NCBI GenBank assembly: GCA_907165135.1
Contig: OU015566.1
Coordinates: 10,540,001 to 10,604,000, forward strand
Direction of reading: 5' to 3'
From: Oikopleura dioica
Lineage: Eukaryota > Animalia > Chordata
DNA: 64,000 nt
In this document: positions 12,042 to 24,755 of the stretch, one piece after another
How positions within the stretch are numbered: position 1 is the first letter of the stretch
How the letters are laid out: the number at the start of each line of letters is the position of its first letter
Program-made: the position numbers and the translations under genes
The notes under the pieces: model-generated
What the model was told of the DNA's origin: nothing
Seen by the model: only the letters and a program-made list of their open reading frames with translations
Databases searched by the model: none

Positions 12042-15000
12042 TCAATCGGTGTTGGTGCGTGATCGCGATGATCGGTCAGGGGTGGAGTGTTGGCCGCGGT
12101 GGCCGTGATGAAGGTCTGATTCGGCACGCTGACGAGCTTGGTAGTTTTGGTACATTTGCATCGTGTTTCTAACGAAAATGATTGATGAAACTATGCTTAT
12201 TTGAATTTATCTACCTGACGTTCTGATAGTACTGAGATTCAGCTCGGTTTAGTCTGTTGACAGTCGAGTTCAAATCATTTCCGTGCTCGAATTTTAGCTG
12301 GGAGAGGTTGTGATTGAGTAGCACTCCGCTTTGATTTGCCAAAGGCGACATGTGACTTTGGTGTTGTTGCATCGCAAGCTGACCATGCTTTTTAGTTCCT
12401 CTGTTGTAATCAGGGCTGCAATGTACCTGGCGATCCCCGTCGAAACGTCTCTGATTGTAATTCTTGAAGCGGATGTCATGTTGGTAATGATTTTGATTTT
12501 GATGTCTTTTATCCAAGTCATGCTTAGGCGCGTTTTCCAGGCGATCATGATTTCTGGAATTTCGTTGTTGCCGTTGATTCTGGCGATTCTTGAGTGGGCA
12601 GTCTTTTTTCATATGGCCGACTTCGTTACAAACAAAGCATGGTCGAGGTGGAGTTTCAACTACTTGGCCATTTTTCTCGGCAAGACGACGGTTTTTCGCT
12701 GACATTGGGCAGTCTTTGATTTCATAATTAGAAGTGACTGATATTAGAGTGAACTACCTTTGATAAAATGACCAATTTTGCCACAAATTCTGCAGCAACG
12801 ATCGTTAGGAACCTCTTCGCCGTTTGTGAGTAGCGCTTTACTCAGCAAAATGTCGCAGAATATATCGACATTGAGATCTGGAGCCATGTGTGGAATTATC
12901 ATTCGTGTATACATGGAGATATCGAATGATCCGAAGACATGCCTGGCTCTTCGTAGGACAGAGATGATGAAATTTGCCATTTTTCGAGAAACTCCTGCGC
13001 CCAAATTGTGGTTGTGGTCGAAGGGATCTTCAATGGAAATGCATTTCGAGGTCCATTCCTTCTCGAAGAGTGACAGTCGTCCACTCATCTGGCACTGGAC
13101 AACATCTCTTTCAAAGTTGAAGTCTTCAGTGTAATATCTCAAGAACTTGACCCAAAGTTTCGATAGACAGTCGTTGATCTGAGAGTCTGATCGATTATTC
13201 ATAAATTCTGCAATGACAAGTGGATCTTCCTGAAACCAAGTATTATAGCCTTCGACAATGTATGAGGGTCTTTCGTCGCCTTTGTGCAGCTCTTGAAGCA
13301 CTGGGAGAACGCCTTCGTGTTGCAGGAAGTGAATCACCATCAAAATGTAAGCTAAAATGTGTTTTCAGCGATATTCAGAACATAAAGCTTACCATAAGAG
13401 CTCAAGGATCCCCTACTAGCATCGCCGATTCCGATTTCTTTCACCATTGCTTTTACAAGATAACCAAGAATTTCACATCTTCGATCCAACAAGCAATAAG
13501 TTCTCAACAGTTTCGTATTTCTTTTTGCAAGAACATTATAATACGAAATATCTGCCTCGAACTTGATATGATCAGCTAAATGCAAGTCGAACTTCACAAT
13601 TGGCACTTTGGCTTGAGTGATGGCAACAATATTGGAGAAGACAGTGTTGGTTTTGAAGGCTTGGGCAATACTCTTAATGACTTCAACCGGGTCGCTGTAG
13701 ATTTCTGGCGGTTCCGTATCGTGTCCTGCAAACGTCAAGCAAATATCTAAATCAGAACCAGAAAATCCAAAACCATTCCTGCTCGAGCCAAAGAGCTCCA
13801 ATCTCGAGTTCTTGTCGTAGTTCATCTCCATGAAGTTTTGAATGAATTTGAGCGCACGCTCTCTTGTGTGTATTTCTCTATCAGCGGGTTTCTTTCTTGC
13901 AAATACTCTCATCAATACTCCGTCAAGCCAGGCGTAGTCCTGTGTTTTCATCTCTGGAAGACGCTCGAGACGGACTCGGTCGATGTCATCTGGGCAAGCG
14001 TCACTTGCGTGCTCGTCTGACCGGCAATGAATGCACTGTCGTTTCGGAAGAGGACCTCCAGCCACGCACTCTTGGTCAAAGACAGCAGTCATGCGCTTGA
14101 AAATAGGATCTTGTTCTTTTTTTACCATCTTTTTCACTTTATTCTTCGCTGAATCAATCATATCGTCATCAATTTCACTGTTATTTGATTCACTACCATC
14201 AGAATCATCCTCAGACGGCTCTTCTTCGGAATCTTTGAATTCATCTTCGGGATCCGAGTACACTTTCGATTCGCTTTCTTCAAGTGTCGACTCTTCGGAT
14301 GCTCTTGGAGTATTCTCACCATTTTCTGGGGATGATAACTGATTTTTTTCGATCTTCGATTCTAGTGTTTCTGAACATAAAATCGGAGAAGTAGTTTCTG
14401 ATCGCGGGGAAGTCCTTGGCGAAGGTGTTCTACTCTTGTCAGACGCGATATACTTGTTGATATGATTGAGCAATCTTGGGTTGAGTTTCACGGAACGTTT
14501 CTTTTCCTGGTCAGTCTCTATACTCATTTTGCGTACCCTGTCGGTCAGCTCGCTTTCTCCATCTTCAACGAAAACCTCTAATCCAGCGTCAGATTTTACT
14601 TCGATCAATTTGTTATCGCTGCTTTCCCTGATAATATCAAATCTTTCTTCTCGGGGTTTCAAATGCCCAAATTTATTCGCATGGATCATCTTTCGCAACT
14701 CATTGGGACCGATAAAGAGCCTGCCATAGGCAACTCGAAGCCTTGCTTTCCAAAACTCAAAGTTTCCTTGTCCGGTGAGAGTTCTAGCAGCATTCCTCAC
14801 TGGAGAGTAGGGATCTTGAATGGCTATCCGCCTGACACCCATATTCAGCGATGATCTCGTCGCAGTTTGGTCGATGATGGAAATCAGTTCTTTTTCGTAG
14901 TTAAGTTCGTATGCGTAAAATTCAAGGAGATCAACAAGTAGTCTCGCGAGACACATACTTTCAGGCACCTGAGAAGCCTCTAAGAGAGACTCTTCATCCT

Positions 15001-17337
15001 CTAATTCTGCTTCTTCACTACCCTCTTCTGTTTTAGCTTCGATAGTTGGTGTTTCTTGCTCGATCGTAGGAGGTTCCGATGTGCTTTCGATCGTTGGCGG
15101 CTCAGAGTCTATTGTATCATCCTCAAAGATCAGTTCTCGGGACTCTTCTTCGTCAGATGATAATCCGGAGCTTTCATCTTCATTATTTGCTTCTTCTCTT
15201 TCGTCGGAACTTTTTGGTTGACTTTTGGTTGTTTTCTCAACTGGCGGACTATTCGTTGCAGAAGATTTTTGACTGGATTTACTTGAAAAATTTGAGGAAG
15301 CAGATGACTTTAATCGTCGAATGAAGCATTTTCCATCTTCGAATCGATAAGGAATATTAACGAGCTTAGGGAGGAGTAATTTTTGGTTAGAAAATGACTG
15401 TTCTTACGTTGCAATCTGTTTTTTCGTTAAGAATTGGAACCCATCCTCTTCTCTGGAAGAAGTAAATGACACAAATAACAAGAGTAAATGCTGGCAAAGT
15501 TCCGTTATCAGGTTCATCAAGGCCACACCAGTTGGCCCACTGCCTGAAGATCAGCGCCAGTTTTTGTATTTTCGGCTCGTAGGTCAAGTAAAACTAGAAT
15601 ATTTAGGCTTTACAGGGTTTAATCTGTAGATTTTTCTCACGTTTATCAAATTGGCAGTTTTTATGCGCGAGGTTCTAGCATGATCAGCTCCAATGATTGT
15701 GAATTTGACACCAGTTTCACAGTCGATAGCGGCAACGTTCGGCATAAAGGTTGATCCAGCCTGTGGCGCATAAAAAGTGTTCTTTACTGATTTTAGGTTC
15801 GCATCTGGGTCGTTTGAAAGGTCATGTAGGAAGTAGAATATCTGGCTGAGGAGAGTATTTGCACGGGTTCTTTCTCTCGAGACGCAAATATTGATGTCTG
15901 ATGATTCTAGCACGGCTTTATAGGCGGTAGATCCATAGAGTTGGACATTAATATCAGGAAGAAACTTCTTTAAAATTGCTGCAATCCTAGAATGTGATGA
16001 GAAATGACGCCCCAATATCATTATTACCTCTCAAAACAATCTGATCGTTTGTTAAAGTCAACAGAATTCAGTCTATTGTCTAACAGACTGTTCAACTCCG
16101 CATTGAGCATTGCCAATCTATCAGGATTTTGATCAAGCGGGAATTTACTTGCCGCCAGCTTAGCTACATCCAATTCCAAAACTTTTGTCTTCAAAAGTTT
16201 GTGGTAACTATCTTTGTAGCAGTGGTGAAGGGCGTTTTCGCGATTTGGGAAGTCGATCAAACATAGTTTGCAGCTATAAGATGGGCTGTCTTCGGGACCT
16301 TCCGTGTCAATGTGATGAGTTCTGAAGTCGTGCAGTGCGTAGGCATCGGAAACTGTGTTGTATTTCTCGGAGCCTTTGAAGAGCGCAGCTAGAATCAAAA
16401 TAGATACGACCTTTTTAACCGAAATCGCTTACGAATATACTGTCGATCATTTTTTAGCATATAAGCAGCTAGATGGACGAAAATGAACTCATCATCCTAA
16501 AAGAATTGTTATAAAATCTTAATTCGCGGTGGACTTTTACCTTTGATATACTTGGATTGCTGTAAGATGTCAACTTTGGCGGATTGTCTCGACGTTCCTT
16601 TGCCTTTCTTCTTCTCTCTTTTTTCTTCATCATTCTTGTGGGTTTCTGCTTTATCTGCGTACGTGATTCCATCTCTCTCAACCGGTGTAGCTCGAATTGA
16701 AGCAGCTCGGCGCGTAGATAGTTCTTCACTTGTTTAGGCTTCAGTTTTTGTTGCTGAGGTTGCTCATTTGAGGTTGAGTTCTCTCGCTCGCGTTGCTTAT
16801 TTTATTTTTCAGATAAGAATTAATCATGACTCTGTGCTACCTTGATTCGTATCTTTGGCTGGTCTGGTCCAATGTCTTCTTTGTTTTCGGAAGTGCGTAT
16901 CACCGTTCTATCATCCTGAATAATGCTTTCAAGAGTCTACATATAATATCCAATTGGATTTCCCGGATCAAGATCGAATCATAAAAATAAGCACTGTGTC
17001 GGTTACGAAACACTTTCAGTGAACCGAGACCGCTATCCGTCACGTATTTATTGAATAGATTCTTTACTTAACAAGCTTATCTACTAGCTTTACTTACATC
17101 TGACTTTTTCGGAAAACGAGCAGCATTTTGCTTTTTTCTACTAGTCCTCTTGCCGCCCCTCTCTCGCTTGGAATTTTTCTTATTTTTAGAGGAGTTTTCG
17201 CTCAGCTCGTCTGATCCACGTTCTCGTCGAGGAGTGTCTTGTGGTGCTTTCGACGAGTCCTCGTTGACTTCATCAGTGCGCATTTTTGAGAAATGCCGAT
17301 TTCTAAATCCCTCTTTTGTCAGTTTCTGCTTTTTCAT
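12042..17337 (-). CDS. TUT4/7: Terminal uridylyltransferase TUT4/TUT7 (ZCCHC11/ZCCHC6) orthologue; 5' exons less certain
   Basis: C2H2 zinc finger (CKLC...HCYKDSYH), degenerate first NTase (YGS...SDINIC), CCHC knuckles (CIHCRSDEHASDAC, CRICGKIGH, CFVCNEVGHMKKDC), active NTase (LFGSSRNGFGFSGSDLDIC...ADIS) and PAP-associated ISIEDPF. Confidence 0.93.
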
Positions 17338-17699
17338 AAGACTGCATTTGGAAAAGATTTTACGAAATCCTATATCTATCTAGATTCTAGAATATCCTGC
17401 AAAAATTGTTCCTGCTTGTTTTCGCAATAGTGAGCCTTGTTTATGCTGCTTAGGAAAAGATGACAACATAAAAAGTGTTTCAGTTTTCCGTTGAAGGAAT
17501 ATACTTTCATATATTATATTATATACAGTGAAAGTGAAGTGTTTGGAGGAGGGTGAGACTCGACAGTCGAGCGGCAGTTTTACTTGTGTGAACTTAAGCC
17601 GGCAGTGAATGTGCACTTTATCTCCCGGCGGAAATTTCGATCCTATCGGACGCTTTTTCTAAGGAAACTGTTACTTTTCTATTGGTGAGATAATGCGGC

Positions 17700-20600
17700 T
17701 TACCGAGTGGACCTTCTAGGAGTGTTCTGGGCAGGTGGGGTACCGGGGCGATGAGGAGGATAACGTCCGTATACCCGAAACTCATAAAAAGACGACGACA
17801 TTTCGGCGATGAGGGTCCAGCCAGAAGTTTCGCCTGTCCAAGGCTCAGGCTTGGGCTCTGCGCCTGAAGACATCGTCTTTCGACGATTGGGACCCCTTCT
17901 TGCTGGAGTTCGTCGGGACTTGGGCGCATCAGGAACGTCGCTGGTGGTCTTGCGGCGTTTGTTCTTTGCGGCATCGTCTTTAGAGTCTTTCTCAATCTTG
18001 CGCTTGACGGTGCGCTCTGCAGGCACAGGAGTCGTGAGAGTAGAAGCTCGCGATCGACGGTTTCCTCGGCTTGGCGTAGTTGTAGCTCGTGGGTCGATTT
18101 TGGTTGGGATTACCGCGACAGCTTTCGATTTTGCTGTTCGCGTTGCCCGCTGATTGATCGAATGATACAGCGCAATAGCGGCTTGGCGATCATTCATCAT
18201 AGATTCTTCAGCCGAACCTTTTCGTTTAACCGGAGATCGAATAGACCTCTTAAGGTCGACTCCTAATAGAGGGGTTGACTCCAGAGAAGAAGTGTCGAGT
18301 TCGGAGCCTCTTCGGGGAGTACCGGGCGTCTTGGGACGCGGTTTTCGCTTGTTGTAGACGTACTGCGGTGTTGACGAAAGCCGCCGACTGGATCTTCGTG
18401 TCGGGAGCTCGCTACTTGCAGGCTCAAGATCGAAAGCGCCCTGTTGCTCTGCAGCTGGCTCGAGCTTGTCCCCTGTCTTTTCGGCGACGATGTTCGGAGC
18501 AGGGATGGGAAGCTCTTGAGCTTCAGAATAGCTAAATAAATGATTTATATTTGTAACCTAGGGTCGGCACCGACCCAACCAAAAAACCCGACCTGGTCGG
18601 AAATGGTCGGGTTTTTATGGGCACCAACCAGCCCGACCTCAGATTTTGTACCTCGATTTTGGATGGTCGGCTTTTGGTCGGTTTTGGTCGGTTTTTTTAG
18701 TCTTTTGGTCGGGTTGGTCGGTTTTTGGTCGGTTTAAAACTACGCATTTGAGCGATTTTTTTTAAATTTTCTCCGGCGACAAGAGAAAAATCGGCGGCGA
18801 GTCCGGGCTAAAGCTCTTTAAAATTTAACTTTTCATGGCGAATCGACTACCACAGTGATGATTTCAAAAAACTTTTTGTGGGGCCGGAAATCGTAAAAAA
18901 TCTGCAAGTGCAGTTTTCTTCAGCTCGTCGAGACGAGTTGAATGATGGGTCTTACTCCTGATAACTCTAAGGATTTACCGGTTTACCGGCTGGTTACCGG
19001 AAAATACGTTGTCAGCGGCCGTTTTTGTTCTAGAAGTGGTAAACAGATGATCGACCCAGGAAATTGTTCCTTATAGTCAGTTCTACTGCAGGCTAAAAGA
19101 TGAAAGTCGTATCATTACTCCGAAGAGAGTTATCATTAAAAATAGTAAATTTTACATATCTTTCGTAGTTGCTGCACGTTCCTGATTTCTAGTCCCATTT
19201 CCGCCAAAAATAGTATTTTAGTGATAACTCTCTTCAGACTATTGATACGACTCTCATCTTTAAGCCTGCAGTAGAACTAAGTATAAGAAACAAGTTCCGG
19301 GGTCGATCATCTGTTTACCACTTCTAGAACAAAAACGGCCGGTGACAACGTATTTTCCGGTAACCAGCCGGTAAACCGGTAAATCCTTAGAGTTATCAGG
19401 AGTTAGACCCATCATTCAACTCGTCTCGACGAGCTGAAGAAAACTGCACTTGCAGATTTTTTACGATTTCCGGCCCCACAAAAAGTTTTTTGAAATCATC
19501 AGTAAAATGCTTCGATCCGAGGCCCTCGAGGGCTGTGTGCGATAGAAAAATGTTGACAAATGTTAATTTTGCTCTTTAAAAAAACCGACCAAAAAAGCCG
19601 ACCCGACCGACCAAAACGACCACGGATTTGGCCTCTTTTCACGGGGACCGACCAAACCGACCACGAAAAATGGTGGTCGGTGCCGACCCTAGATTTGTAA
19701 CAAGGAAACTATCTTTGACTTACTTGGGTGATACTTCAGGTGGGGTGTCGTTTGTATCGACCTCCATCGCATTCTCGTCTCGTTTTACTTCATCCTTCTG
19801 ATCCACGATTTCACCCTCCTCCTGATTCTTCACTATTTCGCTCTTATCTGCTTGAGGGTCTTCGTGGACACCGTTTTCTCGGGTAGAGTCGCCATTGTGT
19901 CCATCATCGGCGGAATCATCCACGGGAGCACCATTTTCCGCTGGAGTATCTTCTGAGTCGGAAGGAGCATTTGTAGCTGGTGAATTGACTCCTTGCTGTT
20001 TTGCGGCTTTCGCTTCTTCGGCCCAAAGTTTCACAGCTTCATCGAAGTCGTCAATGTAGCCGTATCTGGCGGCTAGCCCCTGCTGGTTTACAGGTTCGCG
20101 ATCAGGGACGCCGACGAGTTTGTCGAAATAACGCCGGCACTCGTACTTGAAGGCGAATAGGTCACGGAGTGTGAACCATTTCTTCAGCTTGTCGGGGTGT
20201 GAGTCCAACAATGGCCTAAAATGTGAGTATTCCTCCTTGATTTCTTCCAAATTTTACCTGTCCTTGTCGAAAAACCTCCGGATGTAGAAGAGTGTGAATG
20301 GGCCACAGTCGAAGTCATTCGCTTGGTGGGGACCTCGTGGTCTTCCGTACTTGAAAGGAAGTAATTGCTTGTGGAGGCATGGATCCATGTTGTAGCAACG
20401 GTTGCAGGGGTGGGGATATCTCGACAAGCTGCGTTCCAACCTCGTCTTGTTGCAGAAGTAGATGGAAGGCTTTCGGCCACCGTTGACGATACGCAACCTT
20501 TGCCTGTTGTCCTCGGCGTTTTCGTCTAACTCGAGAATCCCTTCATCAATCAGCCTGTCTTGGTCCTCACGAAGAGCCTCATTGTCTCTGTCTAAAGGAC

Positions 20601-22303
20601 GTTTGTGAAGAAATAATTTAAAAACTCAAGCTTACCCAAGAATGCAGAAGTCAAAAACTCGCATGCCACTTCAACCTTCTCGAACCAATCTGGCGCGTAC
20701 CCCGAGCAGAGCAGGTAGATTCCTGGCTCGTCTTCTGACGGACATAAATATTCTTTCTCTCTCTGGCCAACTTCGTCGTGAAATCGTTCAAACTTTTCTT
20801 CGTCAGTCTCAGACTGTTCCTCCTCATCATCCTCCTCATCATAAGACGATTCGTCTTCTTCCTCCTCGTCGCTCATCTCCGGAATTCGGTCGTAGGGAAG
20901 TTCGCGCTCTGGATTAACTTCTTCCTCATCCTGACCATTCGCGATGCTGTCAGCCTCATTCAGCGATAGACCAGAGAGTTCCGCAGCAGCAGCCTCATCA
21001 CTAACTGGACTATCGTCGTCTAGCGCATCTCCAGTCTTCTCAGGCGACTCGTTCGCACCAGAGTCGTTAGTTTCGCCCTCACGGGGAGATTCTGGGACCT
21101 CTTCGTCGCTGCTTGAGTCGAGCATCCCGTCTTGATGAATGAGCTTCTGAGAGATACCCTCACTCTTCTCGACCTGCTCGCTCTCGTTCTCGCTTTCTTC
21201 GAGCTCACCGTCTTCAGGTTCTCCTGATTCAAGACTCGTCATTTCGGGTAGAACGGCATCGGCAACCTCGTTACCTTCCTGAAAGATTTGGTTAATGATT
21301 TCGTCTCAGAAACAATGGTGAAAATGTAAGTTCAAAACGGAACACTTACAGCTGACAGCTTCTCACTGTATTCAGGAGGTTCCGGTTCCTCCTTTTCAAA
21401 ATCGCCTTCTAACAGCTTCTGCATGATCAGTCTTGGCTTGTTTATGACTATCAAGCTCCAATGGGCGTCTTGGTTAATAGGCAGAAAGAGGACGTCTTTT
21501 TGGAAGAGATTGAGCATCTTCTGTTGTTTCTTAAGTTAATAACTATATTTTTTGATAGGCAAGTTGAGGTTTACCTGTCTTCGATCAGCATAACTCCTCT
21601 TGCCACGACTAGGCAGCCAGATAACCTTCCGGACGATTTCTTCATACCGGTAAGCCATCCCGGCTTTGTGCTCGATCATGATGCCCCTTGACTGATCTGC
21701 GCCCTTTACATCTTCCTGTCTGATCGCATTCCAGGCATTGATGCTGAAGACGTAGGCATTTTTATCCCGAATCTCCTCTTAAAGTAAATTTAGACTATGG
21801 AAACAAGAAAAATTGCCTTACCAAGAAGCATGTTAAGAATCATGTGCATGTCCGTATCCTGGAGCCACATGTTGGTACCGAGCCCTTCCAATTGAAGGAG
21901 TCTATTTCGAGACTCCTCGTACATGATATCGTCAGGCTTATTAAAATACGGGAAAGACTCGGTGAACTCGTATTTCTCTGGCGCCGGCACCACCGCGTTC
22001 GCTAAGTGGGCCCATTGATTTTCGTCTCCGCCAGCGTTCTTGAAATTTGTTAGATTTTTACTGAAGATTGGCAATTAAAAAACTTACCGTTTCTGTTTTC
22101 CCGTTGACCGGCGGTTCGTTTATTGGGATGTTGAGATCGTCCTCTTCAGGGATGACGGCGTGGACGATGTCGCCAGAAGCTTCCGTAGCAGCAGCCGGAT
22201 TCGCTTCTACCCCGGACGAGTCGACCATGTCGAGGTGAATCGTGGACGATCGACCCAGCGGCTCGCTCCCATTCTCTGTAGTTGTCGAGTTTTCTTCCGA
22301 CAT
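17700..22303 (-). CDS. Ulp1/SENP-family (peptidase C48) SUMO protease, SENP6/7-like with acidic insertion and long disordered C-terminus
   Basis: WLQDTDM, KDVLFLPINQDAHWSLIVIN and PHQANDFDCGPFTLFYI motifs. The last exon is joined in phase 2 across the MITE-containing intron. Confidence 0.85.
18558..19692. mobile_element. Non-autonomous DNA transposon (~1.13 kb) in the SENP intron
   Basis: TIRs CTAGGGTCGGCACCGACC / GGTCGGTGCCGACCCTAG. 9-bp TSD ATTTGTAAC at 18549-18557 and 19693-19701. GGTCGG/CCGACC subterminal repeats. Confidence 0.92.
18856..19501. repeat. Long internal fold-back (two ~290-bp inverted arms, short spacer) inside the second MITE
   Basis: 18856-~19145 is the near-perfect reverse complement of ~19210-19501 (e.g. 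GGATTTACCGGTTTACCGGCTGGTTACCGGAAAATACG and its complement). Confidence 0.92.
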
Positions 22304-22429
22304 CGATGAGTCTAAAATTTGTACTGTCGGAAGGAGAGAATCTGGGTAAATATAAATGTCAGTTCTAGAGACAGAAGAAAAACAGGTCAGTGGTAGGATG
22401 ATCGGAAATTTGCATGGGGCTAGATATTT

Positions 22430-24656
22430 TCAACTTTGAGATATTCTCAATTCCTTCTCAATCTCCAATTGGGCTGAAAAATAGTCGTAGATGTCAATGA
22501 CTGCGATTGGGCGGACGTTGTGAAGAGGGTTGATCATGGAAAGGCAATTTTCGGACTCGGGCTCAGGGCAGATCGTGGTTTGGCCGTGCCTAAATGCGTT
22601 AATTAGCAAAATATTTCCAATTCATCACAGATAACTGCCACTTAATTTCAATTTCACTACTATTCTTGTTATTTAACAATCAAGATTAATTTGAGTTGAT
22701 ATTGCTGTATGTACCTGTTATAAACATGTTGAAGCGCAGCAACGCCTGATAACGCATAGCAAGTGTGATAGTAATCGCGGTGGCTCCCAGGTCGATCAGC
22801 AAACCCACCGGCAACGGAGTTTTTCTGCCTCACTTGACACGCAAGGAAAGTGTAATCCATCAGCGCTCTGGAATCGCAGAGCCAGGAGTCCTTCGGCGCA
22901 TGGTCTTGGTCGAGGAGGCCGTGGACGATTGGAAACGAGCCTCCTTGCCAGAAGTTGTAGCAAGAATCAACCAGTTTGTTTGCTCGACCTAAATTGGTTC
23001 AGGTCATTCTTTATCAGCGAGATTACAACACTAACTACAAGAAAAAACGTGAAAAGAGCGAAAAATCATCCCTCGACTCGAAGAATTGCGAATCGCGCGC
23101 GCGCTAAATTCAAAATTTCACTCACCATCGAACCCTCCTTCCACACTCTTTTGTCTGTTACAGAGCCATCTCACTAAGCTGGAAACATTGGGAATCGCGC
23201 TCGTCTTGTTGAGAAGAGCAAGTGCAGCGAGACTTGTGTACGTGAAGCCTCTGAATTGCTCATTTTTACGTTGTTTGATTTTTATTTTGTCTCTGAAGTG
23301 AGCGCGCTCTGGAGTTTGCGTGGCGCTGGGCAAGCGACGCGAAATTAAAGCGTGGGCGACGCGGCCAATGACACGTCGCCTAACCTCTGGCGCGCCCGTC
23401 CATTGGTTAGGGACAGTGGAGGACCCTGACTCGAAAAGATGGCCAGGATGGAGCGACTTCCATCAGAAGGCCAAATCAGAGATTTTATATCTCTGACTTG
23501 CCGTGGCGTTTTAACCTTTTTTTATGGCAATAATTTTTTAATCTGATTAATTGTTAATTAAATAAGCAGCGCACGGTAGAAATAATTTGCATCTTATAAT
23601 AATCTGAGAAATTTTGACTTATTTCATAAGGAAAATAGCTTTAATAGAACAACCGTGCGTTTAAAAGATTTACCCATGACTTTCTGCTCCCGGATTGGGT
23701 CCAAATCCACCGTCCCAAGACTGACATTTGGCCAAATATTCGTCAGTCTTGTCGAACAGCTTATCTTTGTCTTCAAGCTGAAGCATTGTTGCGACACTAG
23801 CAGCACAGTAGATCGCTCTGGTGTCGGTTTCCCCATTCACATGCATGGCAAAAGACCCATCAGTGTTCTTTCGGAAAGGATTTGTAACAAACAGTTTAAC
23901 TTTCCTCCGGGGGCCAATGAAGATTTGTACAGGGGTGCCAGGACGAATCTTCATTGGCCCAAGGATTTCCTTATTTTACTAGAATTATCCCTATAAAATG
24001 GGAGTCTCGGGTGAAGAAACCGAAGAAAAGATAAGCTAACGATCCTTAACACTGTATAAAAACTCCTCCAATTTCTTCACATTTACGATCTGATAAGCCC
24101 TCTCAAAGCCACCAGATCCGAGTATCGCAATCGCATTCATCGCTGCATAGGTCGTCGCCAAATGTGGCATTTGCAGTGGCCCACCACCAAAGCCTCCATT
24201 TTTTGATTGGCAGAGTTCTAAGAACTGTTTTACAGTCATTTTTGAAACATAATCAGAGCTGTCAGTGGAGAAATGGAACTCACCTCGCAGATTTCTGTCT
24301 TTTTGTCATCCGAAAGGACCACATCTAGCAGATCTAGCGCGTGAGTTGTCCAGTAGACTATCCAAGGCCTAAAGATTTGTAAGAACTGTATCCTATATCG
24401 AAATTAAGAACCTTGATGCATCTAAGGACTCATATGCCGGTCCCAAACTGGAGAGCCCCTTCGACGCGTAGCTAATATGTTTCCTTACATCAAGCCTGAG
24501 CTCTGTTTGAATCTCTAGTTTGTCAACGAACTCTTGAAATAGCCTGACGACTTTTCCCTCGGTCGCGGACTGACTCTCTGTACTCGTTGTGAAAACATTC
24601 GGAACCGTGTTGTCATGAATGGCGAGTCGAGCTTTCAACCGATCATGTTTTGCCAT
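22430..24656 (-). CDS. FNTB: Protein farnesyltransferase beta subunit
   Basis: SLDASRPWIVYW, GGFGGGPLQMPHLATTYAA, GETDTRAIYCA, GGFGPNPGAESHGGFTY, EGGFDG and RDYYHTCYALSG prenyltransferase repeats. Confidence 0.95.
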
Positions 24657-24755
24657 TCTAGAGTTTCTTGTAGAGAAAAATACGGATTGAAGGATACAGA
24701 AAGGATTGCACTTTTCACCAGTATAGAATTGAAAAAGATTGATACGGAAGATGGG

